A DNA stretch of 64,000 nucleotides from Nitrospirales bacterium (GTDB taxonomy: Bacteria > Nitrospirota > Nitrospiria > Nitrospirales > UBA8639), in NCBI GenBank assembly GCA_963555755.3, contig OY820905.2, forward strand, positions 3,456,001 through 3,520,000, read 5' to 3'. Shown here piece after piece: positions 18,508-28,564 of this stretch. The notes under the pieces were generated by a model. The model searched no databases and was not told the origin of the DNA. It saw nothing but the letters and a program-made list of their open reading frames with translations. A program made the position numbers and the translations under genes. Numbering within the stretch: the first letter of the stretch is position 1; each line of letters opens with the position of its first letter.

Positions 18508-19831
18508 CACTAGTGTCCGGTAAAAGTGACCAACACCCGCGCTAACTCCCTGTTCTAACAAAGGAAATCACGATTTAATGGGTGTTACCGATTTCGATTG
18601 TGAAAAATGCTGTGCTGAGGCACTCTCCGATATTTGGGGGGCACACCATGCACGAGGGGCAACTCATTTTTTCACAAGTCACCGATCATTTACCCCTGCA
18701 CACCTTTCGTCGATCTGTTCAGCGTTATCAAGGCGAACGCTATGTGAAGCAGTTCCGTTGTCTCGATCAGTACCTGGTCATGGCGTTTGCACAGTTGACC
18801 TATCGCGAAAGTCTTCGCGATATCGAAGCCTGTCTTCGTGCTCACCAAACCAAACTCTATCATATGGGGATTCGCACCACGATTTCCCGGAGCACCCTGG
18901 CCGAGGCCAACGAACAACGAGATTGGCGAATTTATGCCGACTTCGCTCAGGCCTTGATCCAGCTGGCCCGTCCCTTGTATGCCAAAGAGGACTTGGGGCT
19001 CGATCTCAACCATACCGTGTACGCGCTCGATGCCTCCACTATCGATCTCTGCCTGTCTCTTTTTCCCTGGGCACGGTTTCGTTCCACCAAGTCCGCCGTG
19101 AAACTCCATACCCTGCTCGATTTACGCGGCAATATTCCGACCTTTATCCATATCTCGGACGGCAAGCTTCACGACGTCAATGTTCTCGATATCCTTCTGC
19201 CAGAGCCTGGAGCATTCTATATCATGGATCGAGGGTATCTGGACTTCGAGCGACTGTTCACCCTCACGCAATCGGGAACATTTTTCGTCATTCGAGCCAA
19301 GAGCAATACGCAGTACAAACGGCAATACTCCCATGCCATCGACAAAGCTCATGGGTTGCGATGCGATCAGACAATCGTGCTGACTGGAGCCAATACCAAG
19401 CACGCCTATCCTCAGCCATTGCGACGAGTCAAATACCACGACAGCAAGACCGACAAGACGTTCAACTTTCTCACCAACAACTTTGCCACGCCGGCACAAA
19501 CCGTCGCCGATCTCTATCGCTATCGCTGGCAAGTGGAGCTCTTTTTTAAATGGATCAAACAGCATCTCAGAATCAAATCGTTTTTTGGCACCTCCGAGAA
19601 TGCCGTCAAGAGCCAGATCTGGATCGCCATCTCGATCTATGTGCTGGTGGCAATCATCAAAAAACGACTCGATCTCAAGGCAGACCTCTACACAATTTTA
19701 CAGGTGTTGAGCCTGACCCTGTTTGAGAAAATTCCATTGAATCAACTCCTTACGGATAAGCGCTACAATGAGGCGGCCTATGCCATGTGCAACCAATTGA
19801 ATTTGTTCGATAATTTAACCGGACAGTAGTG
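18508..19831 (+). mobile_element. IS4-family insertion sequence (1324 bp)
   Basis: Inverted repeats CACTAGTGTCCGGTAAAA / CACTACTGTCCGGTTAAA; 9-bp target duplication GAAAAAAAT at 18499-18507 and 19832-19840. Confidence 0.92.
18648..19829 (+). CDS. IS4-family DDE transposase (DUF4372-type N-terminus)
   Basis: ALDAST, MDRGY, YRYRWQVELFFKWIKQ. Confidence 0.93.
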   Translation: MHEGQLIFSQVTDHLPLHTFRRSVQRYQGERYVKQFRCLDQYLVMAFAQLTYRESLRDIEACLRAHQTKLYHMGIRTTISRSTLAEANEQRDWRIYADFAQALIQLARPLYAKEDLGLDLNHTVYALDASTIDLCLSLFPWARFRSTKSAVKLHTLLDLRGNIPTFIHISDGKLHDVNVLDILLPEPGAFYIMDRGYLDFERLFTLTQSGTFFVIRAKSNTQYKRQYSHAIDKAHGLRCDQTIVLTGANTKHAYPQPLRRVKYHDSKTDKTFNFLTNNFATPAQTVADLYRYRWQVELFFKWIKQHLRIKSFFGTSENAVKSQIWIAISIYVLVAIIKKRLDLKADLYTILQVLSLTLFEKIPLNQLLTDKRYNEAAYAMCNQLNLFDNLTGQ

Positions 19832-19848
19832 GAAAAAAATATGAAAAA

Positions 19849-20433
19849 TTAGGTTTTCAGGTCCCTTACCCATTCTTCTCTCATGGTGTCGGGCACTTGA
19901 GCCTCGTCTACGTAGTTCTCATGGGTGATGTGGATCGACGCGTTAGCCCCATGGTTTTGGAGCAGGGGAGTAAAGGATTGGGGCATCACAAAACGAATAA
20001 AATGGACCGCACTGATTTTGTCTTCTTTACTATGGCCGCCTTCGAATTGCGCATAGACGGTTTCATTCTGCACCCGGATCGACAGAGTGTTGGATCGGTC
20101 GAGCCCCTGAAAGGAGTCGAGGGTCTGTTTGATCTGGTCGTCATCGGTAATTTCAATCATTAAGGTGGCGCTGAGCTCACCAGGTTGAGGAAGTAGGGCG
20201 TTGTATACATCGAGTTCATCCTGGATTTTTGAGGGCTCAAATATGCGTTCCGCTCGAATCATTTCTTGGACTTGAAACCGAAGGGTCTCCCGGTTTTCAA
20301 AAAGCAAGGTGACGAGTGGCCCGACTTCGATGCGTCGCCGTTTTTTAAGGGCGATGATCTGTTGTAGAAGCGTCGGACGTGCCGCTTCATATTCGGCATG
20401 GGACATCAAGTCGGCTTGAGTGAGATGTTTCAT
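19849..20433 (-). CDS. DUF3501 family protein
   Basis: RR...GP....FEN...QVQEM...YN.L.P...SAVHF; typical partner of aerobic-type rubrerythrin. Confidence 0.85.
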   Translation of the reverse strand: MKHLTQADLMSHAEYEAARPTLLQQIIALKKRRRIEVGPLVTLLFENRETLRFQVQEMIRAERIFEPSKIQDELDVYNALLPQPGELSATLMIEITDDDQIKQTLDSFQGLDRSNTLSIRVQNETVYAQFEGGHSKEDKISAVHFIRFVMPQSFTPLLQNHGANASIHITHENYVDEAQVPDTMREEWVRDLKT

Positions 20434-21710
20434 GATGGCAATTGGTAGGCGTCCCGAATAATTTGAATGGGATGTTGTGTTGCCGGTCCTGTATCTGGTT
20501 GCGTCGCGCCGGCCTGATCAAGCTGAAGCGCCGAAAGTGGACAGTCTGATGCCACCAGATTCGGTTCGCTATTTATAATGGGGCGCACAGCCTTTTTGGC
20601 AATTTTCATGGAGAGGTCAAAGAACTCCACTTTGGCTCCCCACGAACCATCATGCCCCGAACATTTTTCGATGAGTTCAACCTGGGCGCCGGTGAGTTCC
20701 ATGAGCTCTTTGGACTTAAACCCGATGTTTTGATCACGAAGATGACAAGGAACCTGATAGGCAATGCGCTGTTTGGTTTGTACAAGATCGAGCGACAATG
20801 CCCCTTCTTTTTTTAGGCGCATCAGGTATTCGCAGACATCAAACGTTCGTTCGGCTAATTGATTCATGTCAGGTGTCGGCATCAAATAGGGATACTCGCG
20901 TTTAAACATGAGACTGCAACTCGGCGTGGGAATGATAAGATCAAAGCCTTGTTCAAGATAGGGCCGGAAGAGTTTTAAGTGGTGTTGGGCCGTTTGCACC
21001 ATGGTGTCGGTATCACCAACATCAAAGGATGGCATGCTGCAGCACCGTTGCCCTTCTGGAATGACCACTTCAACTCCATTTTTTTCTAACACCTGAACCG
21101 TGGCTTTGCCAATGTCCGTCGCTTGGTAATTCACCATGCAGCTTGGAAACAAGACGACCTTGCGTTGCGCTGATGGCTGTAGTGTGTTGCCCTTTCGTTT
21201 TCTCCACCACTGAGGAAAACTCTCTTTAGCGAAAAATAGCACGTTTCGGTTGCGATGAATCCCCAGGACCTTTTCAATCAATCCTCGTATCCACGGTGTC
21301 GAAAGAGACCAGTTGGTGATAGGCGCCGTCATGCTCCCCAGTTTTCCAATCAAATCCGTCTTGATCAGTAACCGATCACGCCATGAGGCTCCTTGTTCCT
21401 GGACTCGTTGCTTTTTCCAAGCCGCCATGAGCCGTGGAAAGTCAATTTCGTATTGATGTGGAGATGTGTAGGGGCAGTGGTTGTAGCAAAGTTTGCAGTA
21501 GTAGCATTCCTGTTCGATCTGTTCGTAGTCGGCTGCGGTGATTTTGGAAATATCACTGTCGTGTTCGTCAATACGATCCAAAAGGGTGTTAAAGGACGGA
21601 CAGAGGTTAAAGCAACGTCGGCATCCATCACAGATGTCAAAAATTCGATTGGTCTCTTGCTCGAGTTGCGAACGAGTCCAATCCGTGGAAAGGAGGTCAA
21701 TGCCTTTCAA
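20430..21710 (-). CDS. Fe-S oxidoreductase (GlpC-like, CCG domains)
   Basis: CDGCRRCFNLCP, CYYCKLC...CP, RCCSMP, CSGHDG. Confidence 0.88.
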   Translation of the reverse strand: MKGIDLLSTDWTRSQLEQETNRIFDICDGCRRCFNLCPSFNTLLDRIDEHDSDISKITAADYEQIEQECYYCKLCYNHCPYTSPHQYEIDFPRLMAAWKKQRVQEQGASWRDRLLIKTDLIGKLGSMTAPITNWSLSTPWIRGLIEKVLGIHRNRNVLFFAKESFPQWWRKRKGNTLQPSAQRKVVLFPSCMVNYQATDIGKATVQVLEKNGVEVVIPEGQRCCSMPSFDVGDTDTMVQTAQHHLKLFRPYLEQGFDLIIPTPSCSLMFKREYPYLMPTPDMNQLAERTFDVCEYLMRLKKEGALSLDLVQTKQRIAYQVPCHLRDQNIGFKSKELMELTGAQVELIEKCSGHDGSWGAKVEFFDLSMKIAKKAVRPIINSEPNLVASDCPLSALQLDQAGATQPDTGPATQHPIQIIRDAYQLPS

Positions 21711-21724
21711 TGTCTATCCTGTAA

Positions 21725-21903
21725 GGACCTGAGAGAAAATAACTTGGACAAAATTGCGCCAAGATTTGGGTCGGATTTGGACGGAACGATTGAGGAACAC
21801 CCGAGGCATAGCACAGCTATGTTGAGGGTGTTTCGATTGAGGCCCGTTCAAAGATGGCCCGAAGATTGGATGCAAGATGTCCAAGTTATTTTCTCTCAGG
21901 TCC
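21725..21903. mobile_element. MITE family A, copy 2 (opposite orientation)
   Basis: Same terminal inverted repeat as 2872-3050; TAA duplication. Confidence 0.85.
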
Positions 21904-21972
21904 TAATGGCGAAGGATGAAAAAAGAAAAAGCGGAGCAGGGCCGCTGCTCCGCTTCGACACATTAAATGCGA

Positions 21973-22398
21973 TTACGCGTCGTTCAACGATGCCAGGCCT
22001 TTCGTAAACCGGTTCGCATGCGAGCGTTCAGCTTTGGCCAAGGTTTCAAACCACTCGGCTAATTCTTCAAACCCTTCTTCGCGAGCGGTTTTGGCCATAC
22101 CCGGATACATTTGCGTGTACTCGTAGGTTTCGCCTTCGATGGATGCTTTGAGATTGGCTTCGGTGTTGCCGATTGGTTCACCCGTTGCCGGATCGCCCAC
22201 TTCTTTCAGAAAATCTAAATGGCCAAACGCATGGCCGGTTTCGGCTTCTGACGTATCGCGAAATAATCCGCCCACATCCGGAAAGCCTTCGATATCGGCA
22301 CGACGCGCAAAATAGAGATAGCGCCGGTTGGCTTGTGATTCACCGGCAAACGCATCCTTGAGATTGTCATGGCTCTTGGTTCCTTTAAGACCGCTCAT
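21973..22398 (-). CDS. Rubrerythrin (short, no rubredoxin domain)
   Basis: [28 protein letters not shown]. Confidence 0.93.
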   Translation of the reverse strand: MSGLKGTKSHDNLKDAFAGESQANRRYLYFARRADIEGFPDVGGLFRDTSEAETGHAFGHLDFLKEVGDPATGEPIGNTEANLKASIEGETYEYTQMYPGMAKTAREEGFEELAEWFETLAKAERSHANRFTKGLASLNDA

Positions 22399-22421
22399 GG
22401 TTTCCTCCTTGTTGATTGAAC

Positions 22422-22561
22422 GTAACTGCTCAGGTCACCCCCCTTTTGCCCCAGGACGGCGTTGCTGTGGTGCTCAAATCCTCACGTATTTCATATACGC
22501 TCCGGTTTTCCGCTCCTCGCGCCTCGTCCTGAGGCAAAATTGGGGCAACCTGAACAGTTAC
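22422..22561 (-). mobile_element. MITE family C, copy 2
   Basis: Reverse complement of the 17790 element. Confidence 0.8.
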
Positions 22562-23031
22562 GATTGAACATGATTACGACGAGGTGAAGAAATTGTTTTC
22601 CGAGCCTGTGCCTTTTGGCATGGAGAACAGTATCCATAAAACTCGACCTGGTGACTCAGTACCTGAAAGTCCTTGGGGATCTTCGCCTTCTGGCGAATCT
22701 GGTTTAAGGATTGGTCTTCGATATCAAAAATGGCACGACACTCTAAGCAAATCAGATGGTGATGCGGGGTCACATTGGCATCAAACCGAGTTCGGTCATG
22801 CCAATAATTCACCTCCTTGACGAGGCCGGCGTCTTTCAACGTGGACAGGGTGTAATACACCGTATTCGGCGAAATCATGGGATAATCTTTGGCGACCTGT
22901 TGAAACAAGGCTTCCGCCGTCGGGTGACTGGTTGTCTCCGCCAGGGCCTTGTAGATCGCAGCTCGCTGCGGGGTGACTTTTAGCCCCTGGGCTTTAAAAC
23001 GGATGCGAATGTCATTTTGGGAAATAATCAA
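22558..23031 (-). CDS. Fur/PerR-family regulator
   Basis: TPQR, HPTAE, HHHLICLEC and CSPC; upstream of rubrerythrin. Confidence 0.9.
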   Translation of the reverse strand: MIISQNDIRIRFKAQGLKVTPQRAAIYKALAETTSHPTAEALFQQVAKDYPMISPNTVYYTLSTLKDAGLVKEVNYWHDRTRFDANVTPHHHLICLECRAIFDIEDQSLNQIRQKAKIPKDFQVLSHQVEFYGYCSPCQKAQARKTISSPRRNHVQS

Positions 23032-23043
23032 AGGAATCCTTGT

Positions 23044-23058
23044 TAGGAATCATTCTTA
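23044..23058. promoter_or_regulatory. Candidate Fur/PerR operator (7-1-7 inverted repeat)
   Basis: TAGGAAT-C-ATTCTTA just upstream of the fur/perR start. Confidence 0.5.
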
Positions 23059-23208
23059 TGTAGCAAATCATCCGATATTCGTCAACGGGGACGACAAATC
23101 GGAAAATTTTTCTAGAAGAACTTGGGGTAAACGAGAAAAGGTAGAGAGAAAGATAAAAGAAAAGGAAGGGCCAGAATGCCTCTGACCCTTCCAGAAACTG
23201 GCCCTGCA

Positions 23209-23691
23209 TTAAAACAAAGGAGTGGGATTGTGTCCTGAGGCCGCCATAAAAAACAACATCGGAATTGAGAGTAAGGTGTTGGTACGGGAAGCCATGAGGG
23301 CCATGCGCCCAGCAGCCTTCTTTTCATCGGCCGTGGCTTCTTTCAGGCCAAGGACTTTTTTCTGGTTTGGCCAAATGATCCCCCAGACGTTCAAGAGCAT
23401 GATCGTGCCTAACCAGGCACCCATCCCGATCACGGCATCTTGGCCTTGAAGGGCAAATGCCGATCCGAAGCGGTGTTGGTTCATTAGCAGCGCGGCACCA
23501 AATACCCATGTGGCTAATGCCCCCCACCGGAACCACCATAGCGCATTTGGTACCAAATGTTTGAACGCTTCAGCCTTGGTTTCAGGAGTGACTTTGCCAA
23601 GAAAGGGAACCTGGATGAAATTGAAATAATACAAAATGCCGATCCAGGTAATGCCGGCGAGAAAATGTCCCCACGCTAACAAGGTTTCCAT
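23209..23691 (-). CDS. Membrane protein, urate hydroxylase PuuD-like N-terminal family
   Basis: H.LAGITWIG.LYYFN, LWWFRWGA, NVWGIIWPNQK, SRTN. Confidence 0.75.
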   Translation of the reverse strand: METLLAWGHFLAGITWIGILYYFNFIQVPFLGKVTPETKAEAFKHLVPNALWWFRWGALATWVFGAALLMNQHRFGSAFALQGQDAVIGMGAWLGTIMLLNVWGIIWPNQKKVLGLKEATADEKKAAGRMALMASRTNTLLSIPMLFFMAASGHNPTPLF

Positions 23692-23744
23692 ATCATATCC
23701 TCTTTTGGTTGTGATCGAATCAAGTGAGATTCAGCGTTGTGATG

Positions 23745-23834
23745 TCAGACGAGCATTTTAACGACAAAATATAACACGACAGTCAGCACGAACCCCGAGG
23801 CAATGGTTCCAGGGATCGAGTCGAGTGGATTCAT
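23745..23834 (-). CDS. 29-aa small membrane protein
   Basis: MNPLDSIPGTIASGFVLTVVLYFVVKMLV with a strong AAGGAGG RBS. Confidence 0.6.
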   Translation of the reverse strand: MNPLDSIPGTIASGFVLTVVLYFVVKMLV

Positions 23835-23973
23835 GGTGTCCTCCTTTATGTTGAACAGTGCACAGCGTTGTTTTTGTGTATTTGGCGTCTCGTGTGACCG
23901 GCCTAGGTTCGTCGTAGAGACGACGAGCTGACGCCTTATCGTATGGTTAGAGAAGCACCCTATCGTATTCTTA

Positions 23974-24131
23974 GGGTTCGCGCAAGAATAACTTCCCGTT
24001 TTGGGGTGCTGAGACACCCGTCTGGCAAGGCGCGAGGACTGCGCATACTCTTTGGTATGTAAGGGACGAGCAACGCCGCTAGACGGGATGAATCGACGCC
24101 CAAACAGGGGGAGTTATTTTTGCGCGAGCCC
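23974..24131. mobile_element. MITE family B, copy 2 (overlaps the mpg 3' end)
   Basis: Family B terminal repeats and core. Confidence 0.85.
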
Positions 24132-24677
24132 TAAGCAAAAACGCCACGGTTTTTTTGCCCATTCACCAGCGTAATTGACTCCTATCCGGGGTGAAGTGCG
24201 GATGGCTTGACGAGGAATAGGTTCCCCTCGATCTTCCATCCACAACGTGTGTCCAACAGTCATATCGAATCCATTCAGGTCTCGATTGATGTGCAGAAAC
24301 CGTGTCAATCGTCCTGGTCCCTCAATCCGAGTGGGTGGGCCGTCCGCGTTGCTCACGGTCACTTCAATGCCGCGAATCAGAATAGCCGCTGGAAAATCAA
24401 TTGACTCCGTGACGATATTCAGAAGATCGTACATGCCATAAATCAGATACACGTAGGTAACCCCGGCAGGACCGAACATTACTTCAGTGCGTTTGGTACG
24501 CCCTTTGGACGCGTGACACGCCAAATCTTTTTCTCCAATGTAGGCCTCAACTTCTATAATGCGAGCAGTAATACGGGTGTCGTTCGTATCTCGAATGAGA
24601 TATTTTCCCAACAGTTCTTTTGCAACGGATAACGTTGGGCGGTCAAAAAACGTGCGAGGAAGCGGCTTGGGTTTCAT
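24114..24677 (-). CDS. DNA-3-methyladenine glycosylase (MPG/AAG family)
   Basis: IIEVEAY, YVYLIYGM, GPGRL, PRIGV, PWRF. Confidence 0.92.
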   Translation of the reverse strand: MKPKPLPRTFFDRPTLSVAKELLGKYLIRDTNDTRITARIIEVEAYIGEKDLACHASKGRTKRTEVMFGPAGVTYVYLIYGMYDLLNIVTESIDFPAAILIRGIEVTVSNADGPPTRIEGPGRLTRFLHINRDLNGFDMTVGHTLWMEDRGEPIPRQAIRTSPRIGVNYAGEWAKKPWRFCLGLAQK

Positions 24678-24699
24678 CGTTCCTGGACTCCATCAGTGC

Positions 24700-26430
24700 T
24701 TAACGATCACTGTACGGGGGCAAAGTCGTGAGGCGATGATCTTCAACAGGGCCGCCGACCGTGAAATGATACAACGACTGAAACTGGGTGCTGGGATAAA
24801 AACCAAGCACGCGATGAACCGGATCGTCGAAAAAGCAGCCTATACCTGTTGAACGTACACCAGCCGCTTCTGCTTCCAAATAGAGCACTTGACCGATGAG
24901 GCCCGTTTCCCAAAACAGGCGACGATAAAACCACGGCCCATGGGTTTCTAACGCGGAATCAAACTCCGAAATCATTCCTAAAGAAAAAGCACTTTGTCCG
25001 CCAATCTCTTGCCCACAACTGACTTGGGTCGCAAGGTTTTGGGCATTCCCGTCTTCTAACAGATACAAGGGAAGCCCTCCTGGGCATCCCTCTGGCGTCT
25101 TCCATACGAATTGCTCGTGCATAGATTTTTGAAAATGTTCCTTGAGCTCAGGGTCAGATCTTCGAAGTAACAGGTATATACCTGGGAGCAATCCATCCAC
25201 CCGGTGTACGAACAAGGCGAGATGAATTGTGGGGTCCCACGGAATAGAGTCCCAGGGCATAGACCGTTGGCAAGCTGGCAAATGAGCGTGAGGAAAAACC
25301 CGCTCAAGCATGGTGAAGAAACGAATGGCTGAAATCGAAGTCTTTCCGTCTAAAGCCACCGCACTCCGGCGTTGATGAATAATTTGTCCAGCGGAAACAA
25401 CCGATCTTTCATTCTTGTCTGCACGGTCCTCGGGTTGAGTGGCGCCCCCTTCACCTTCACCTCTCCCCCCAATGGGAGGTGAGGGGTAAAAAGGAACGGT
25501 GGGAGATTCGGCGGAATGTTTCCATGAGGCCTTTGTGACCTCGTCAATGATTTCCCATGGAATAGGATTGTCTCGACTCAGTCGATTCGCTTTGCCCTTC
25601 CAGGTTCCTTGAGCGCAACTTTCCACAGCTTCCTGGTCAAGAGTTAACGGGAGTGATGCAAAAGAGAAGTCATGAGTGGTCAACACCGCAGCGATCAACT
25701 CCGGAAATTCCATCTCGGTCTGCTCAAATTCGTGCAAACGGTTCAGCCCAAGGAGGGCTCCAACAGTTGGATCATCCATGCCCGAAAGAATGATCATGTG
25801 CCAACCTAATGTGGCAGCAGCGATGCGCAGTGTGCCAATGGCATGGCCAATATCGTGCTGACAATAGCGAAAGGCTCGCTCGCCATACTTCCAGGCTTCC
25901 CGCCAGTGAATCGAGCTGAGTCCAACCAAAAATGTACGAGAGGGAAAAGGGGTGAGCAGGCGTTGAATCGACTCCTCCGAACAAGCGAGCCGATGCTCTA
26001 AGCCGTGCTCCTTTGGGGCATAGTGATAGAGGCCGGACTCAAAAGGCACCTCAGCCGACTGGCCGATGAACAAATATCCTTCGGTTGGATGAAGATTTCC
26101 GCTCGATGGATTGCTACGCAACGCCCATTTATTGCCGCCGTATTCTTTCCAGGCTGTGATCGACAGGGCGTACTCAAAAAACCGGGAAAGGCCGTGTAGG
26201 TTCAAAGTCTGGGGAGCAATCGTGTCGCGTTGATAGATTAAATCGTACGGAGGTGAGAGGGGATCGTCTTCCAAGCTGAGCAAGGGCAATTTAACCAAGG
26301 GTGCCCCTTCATATCGTCGAAAGGGATCAGGCTGGTTGGCCCAGTCCAAATACCCAAGAGATCGGGCATAATGATTAAATTCATGCTTGGTCTGCTCATG
26401 ATACTGTTTGACGAGTTCGAGGGGCTCCAT
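24700..26430 (-). CDS. Nitroreductase-like SagB/ThcOx-family protein (double domain)
   Basis: LDWANQPDPFR, RSNPSSGNLHPTE, WKYGERAFRY, GIGCFFDD. Confidence 0.85.
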   Translation of the reverse strand: MEPLELVKQYHEQTKHEFNHYARSLGYLDWANQPDPFRRYEGAPLVKLPLLSLEDDPLSPPYDLIYQRDTIAPQTLNLHGLSRFFEYALSITAWKEYGGNKWALRSNPSSGNLHPTEGYLFIGQSAEVPFESGLYHYAPKEHGLEHRLACSEESIQRLLTPFPSRTFLVGLSSIHWREAWKYGERAFRYCQHDIGHAIGTLRIAAATLGWHMIILSGMDDPTVGALLGLNRLHEFEQTEMEFPELIAAVLTTHDFSFASLPLTLDQEAVESCAQGTWKGKANRLSRDNPIPWEIIDEVTKASWKHSAESPTVPFYPSPPIGGRGEGEGGATQPEDRADKNERSVVSAGQIIHQRRSAVALDGKTSISAIRFFTMLERVFPHAHLPACQRSMPWDSIPWDPTIHLALFVHRVDGLLPGIYLLLRRSDPELKEHFQKSMHEQFVWKTPEGCPGGLPLYLLEDGNAQNLATQVSCGQEIGGQSAFSLGMISEFDSALETHGPWFYRRLFWETGLIGQVLYLEAEAAGVRSTGIGCFFDDPVHRVLGFYPSTQFQSLYHFTVGGPVEDHRLTTLPPYSDR

Positions 26431-26499
26431 GGCTGGAGGATTGTACCTTCCTTAGCCTGTCCTTACAAAGAAGGGGGAAATATCTCAGGCTTCGTAATG

Positions 26500-26621
26500 C
26501 CGGTTGTTCAAATAGGTTCGTCCAGCAAGGCCGCAGGTCTGTTGGCGCGCGGAGCGTACACGGAGTACGTGAGCACGACAACAGACCGAGAACGCCGCTG
26601 GCGACCTATTTCAACAACCGG
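26500..26621 (+). mobile_element. MITE family D variant
   Basis: CCGGTTGTTCAAATAGGT / ACCTATTTCAACAACCGG ends with the shared core. Confidence 0.7.
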
Positions 26622-26623
26622 GG

Positions 26624-28564
26624 CTACACATCCAAATTGTCGGCAAGGGTCGCATTCGCCATCAGAAATTCGTAGCGGGCTTCAGTGCGTTTGCCCATGA
26701 GGTCATGGAAGGTGCGGTCGGTGTGGAGTTCATTTTGCACTTCGACTTTGAGGAGTTGTCGCGTGGCGGGATTGAGGGTGGTCTCTTTCAATTGTTGGGG
26801 GAACATTTCGCCGAGACCTTTGAATCGGCTAATGGTCGGTTTGGCATTGGTACGGGCTTCAGAAAGAATGCGTGCTTTTTCTTCATCCGATCCTGCCCAA
26901 TGCACCTCTTTCCCAATATCGATTCGGTACAAGGGCGGCTGGGCAATATACACGTGCCCTTGTTTGATCAGTTCTGAGACATGCCGGAAGAAGAAGGTCA
27001 GGAGCAAGGTGCTGATGTGATAGCCGTCAATATCCGCATCCATGAGCAAAATGATTTTGTGATACCGTAGTTTCTTCAGATCAAAATCCTTCCCAATCCC
27101 ACAGCCAAGGACCTTCACCAAATCCGCCAGCTCTTTATTCTCGACCACCTTGCCGAGGGTGAGTTCTTCGGTGTTGAGCACCTTGCCACGAATGGGAAAG
27201 ATCGCTTGGTTCTTCAAATCACGTCCTTGCTTCGCGGTTCCACCGGCGGAATCACCCTCAACGATAAACAGCTCACTGACTCCAGGATCCGTGCTTTGGC
27301 AATCCGTGAGTTTCCCTGGCAAGTTCAGCCGATGGCTCACGGCGGATTTCCGCATGACGGCTTTCGAGGCTTCGCGTGAAGCTTCTCGTGCGCGGGCGGC
27401 TAAGATCATGCGGCCAACCAAGGTTTCGGCAATGGTTTTATTGACGTTCAAAAAATTCTCCAACGCGGGTCGAATGGCATTATCGACTAAACCATGTACT
27501 TCGGTATTGTTGAGACGCTCTTTGGTTTGCCCTTGGAATTGAGGATGTAAAATAAGCGCGCTCATGACACAGGCCAATCCCTCCCGGATATCTTCTGCCT
27601 GAAGGCTAAGGCCTTTCGGGGTGAGGTTGTGGGTGTCCATGTAATTGCGGACAGCTTTCACAATGCCAGCTCGCAACCCCAATTCATGGGTGCCCCCACT
27701 GCTTGTGGCCACACCGTTCACATAGCTGCGCACAAACTCCGCAGGTTCGTCAGTCCATTGCAAGGCGACTTCCATCGCAAAGCCATCACCATTGGTCGCG
27801 AGGTGATCGCCACCGTTCAATTTTTTATCCAGATAAAACACAAAGTCCGCAGTCGGTTTTTTGCCTCGTTCGCGGACGAGTTTGGTGAGATATTCTTCAA
27901 TGCCCTGTTCATGCACGAATTGGTGCGTGTGCCCTGTGGTCCCATCTTTGAACGTCAGCTTCAATCCTTTGTGAAGATACGATTTGGCCTCAAGGGTTTC
28001 ATGCAGCAGGGTAGGGTCAAAGGGGGTGTTTTTCCCGAAAATGGTTGAATCAGGACGAAAGTATACTGACGTGCCGGTCCCACGAATCACCCCACCTTTT
28101 TTGACTGGGCCTTGGGGTTTTCCAGCTTGATACGATTGCATCCATTCATGCCCATCGCGTTTCACCGTGACTTCCAAGTGGCGTGATAGGGCATTCACCA
28201 CTGAAGCGCCCACTCCATGTAATCCGCCAGAATGAATGTAACTGCCCGTTTCAAATTTTCCGCCAGCATGCAACGTCGTCATAATAATTTCCAATGCCGA
28301 CTTTTTATATTTCTTGTGCTGGTCGACAGGAATCCCGCGCCCATTGTCGGTGATGCGAATGCCATCCCGACTTTTATCGAGTTCCACGATGATCGTCGTG
28401 GCATACCCATTAATCACTTCATCAATCCCGTTATCCAAAATTTCCCACACGAGACGATGCAGCCCAGTCTTATCCGTACCCCCAATATACATCGCGGGCC
28501 GCTTCCGAACCGGCTCAATGCCTTCTAAAACAACAATGTCACTCGCGTCATATTTTTTGGCCAT
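26624..28564 (-). CDS. Type IIA DNA topoisomerase subunit B (GyrB/ParE-like)
   Basis: VRKRPAMYIG, DNGRGIP, SGGLHGVG, VEGDSAGG, DADIDG, RFKGLGEM. Confidence 0.93.
   Translation of the reverse strand: MAKKYDASDIVVLEGIEPVRKRPAMYIGGTDKTGLHRLVWEILDNGIDEVINGYATTIIVELDKSRDGIRITDNGRGIPVDQHKKYKKSALEIIMTTLHAGGKFETGSYIHSGGLHGVGASVVNALSRHLEVTVKRDGHEWMQSYQAGKPQGPVKKGGVIRGTGTSVYFRPDSTIFGKNTPFDPTLLHETLEAKSYLHKGLKLTFKDGTTGHTHQFVHEQGIEEYLTKLVRERGKKPTADFVFYLDKKLNGGDHLATNGDGFAMEVALQWTDEPAEFVRSYVNGVATSSGGTHELGLRAGIVKAVRNYMDTHNLTPKGLSLQAEDIREGLACVMSALILHPQFQGQTKERLNNTEVHGLVDNAIRPALENFLNVNKTIAETLVGRMILAARAREASREASKAVMRKSAVSHRLNLPGKLTDCQSTDPGVSELFIVEGDSAGGTAKQGRDLKNQAIFPIRGKVLNTEELTLGKVVENKELADLVKVLGCGIGKDFDLKKLRYHKIILLMDADIDGYHISTLLLTFFFRHVSELIKQGHVYIAQPPLYRIDIGKEVHWAGSDEEKARILSEARTNAKPTISRFKGLGEMFPQQLKETTLNPATRQLLKVEVQNELHTDRTFHDLMGKRTEARYEFLMANATLADNLDV

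Noticed and set aside
18578..19549. 323-aa alternative-frame ORF within IS4
   Set aside because: It overlaps the intact transposase and has no recognisable motifs
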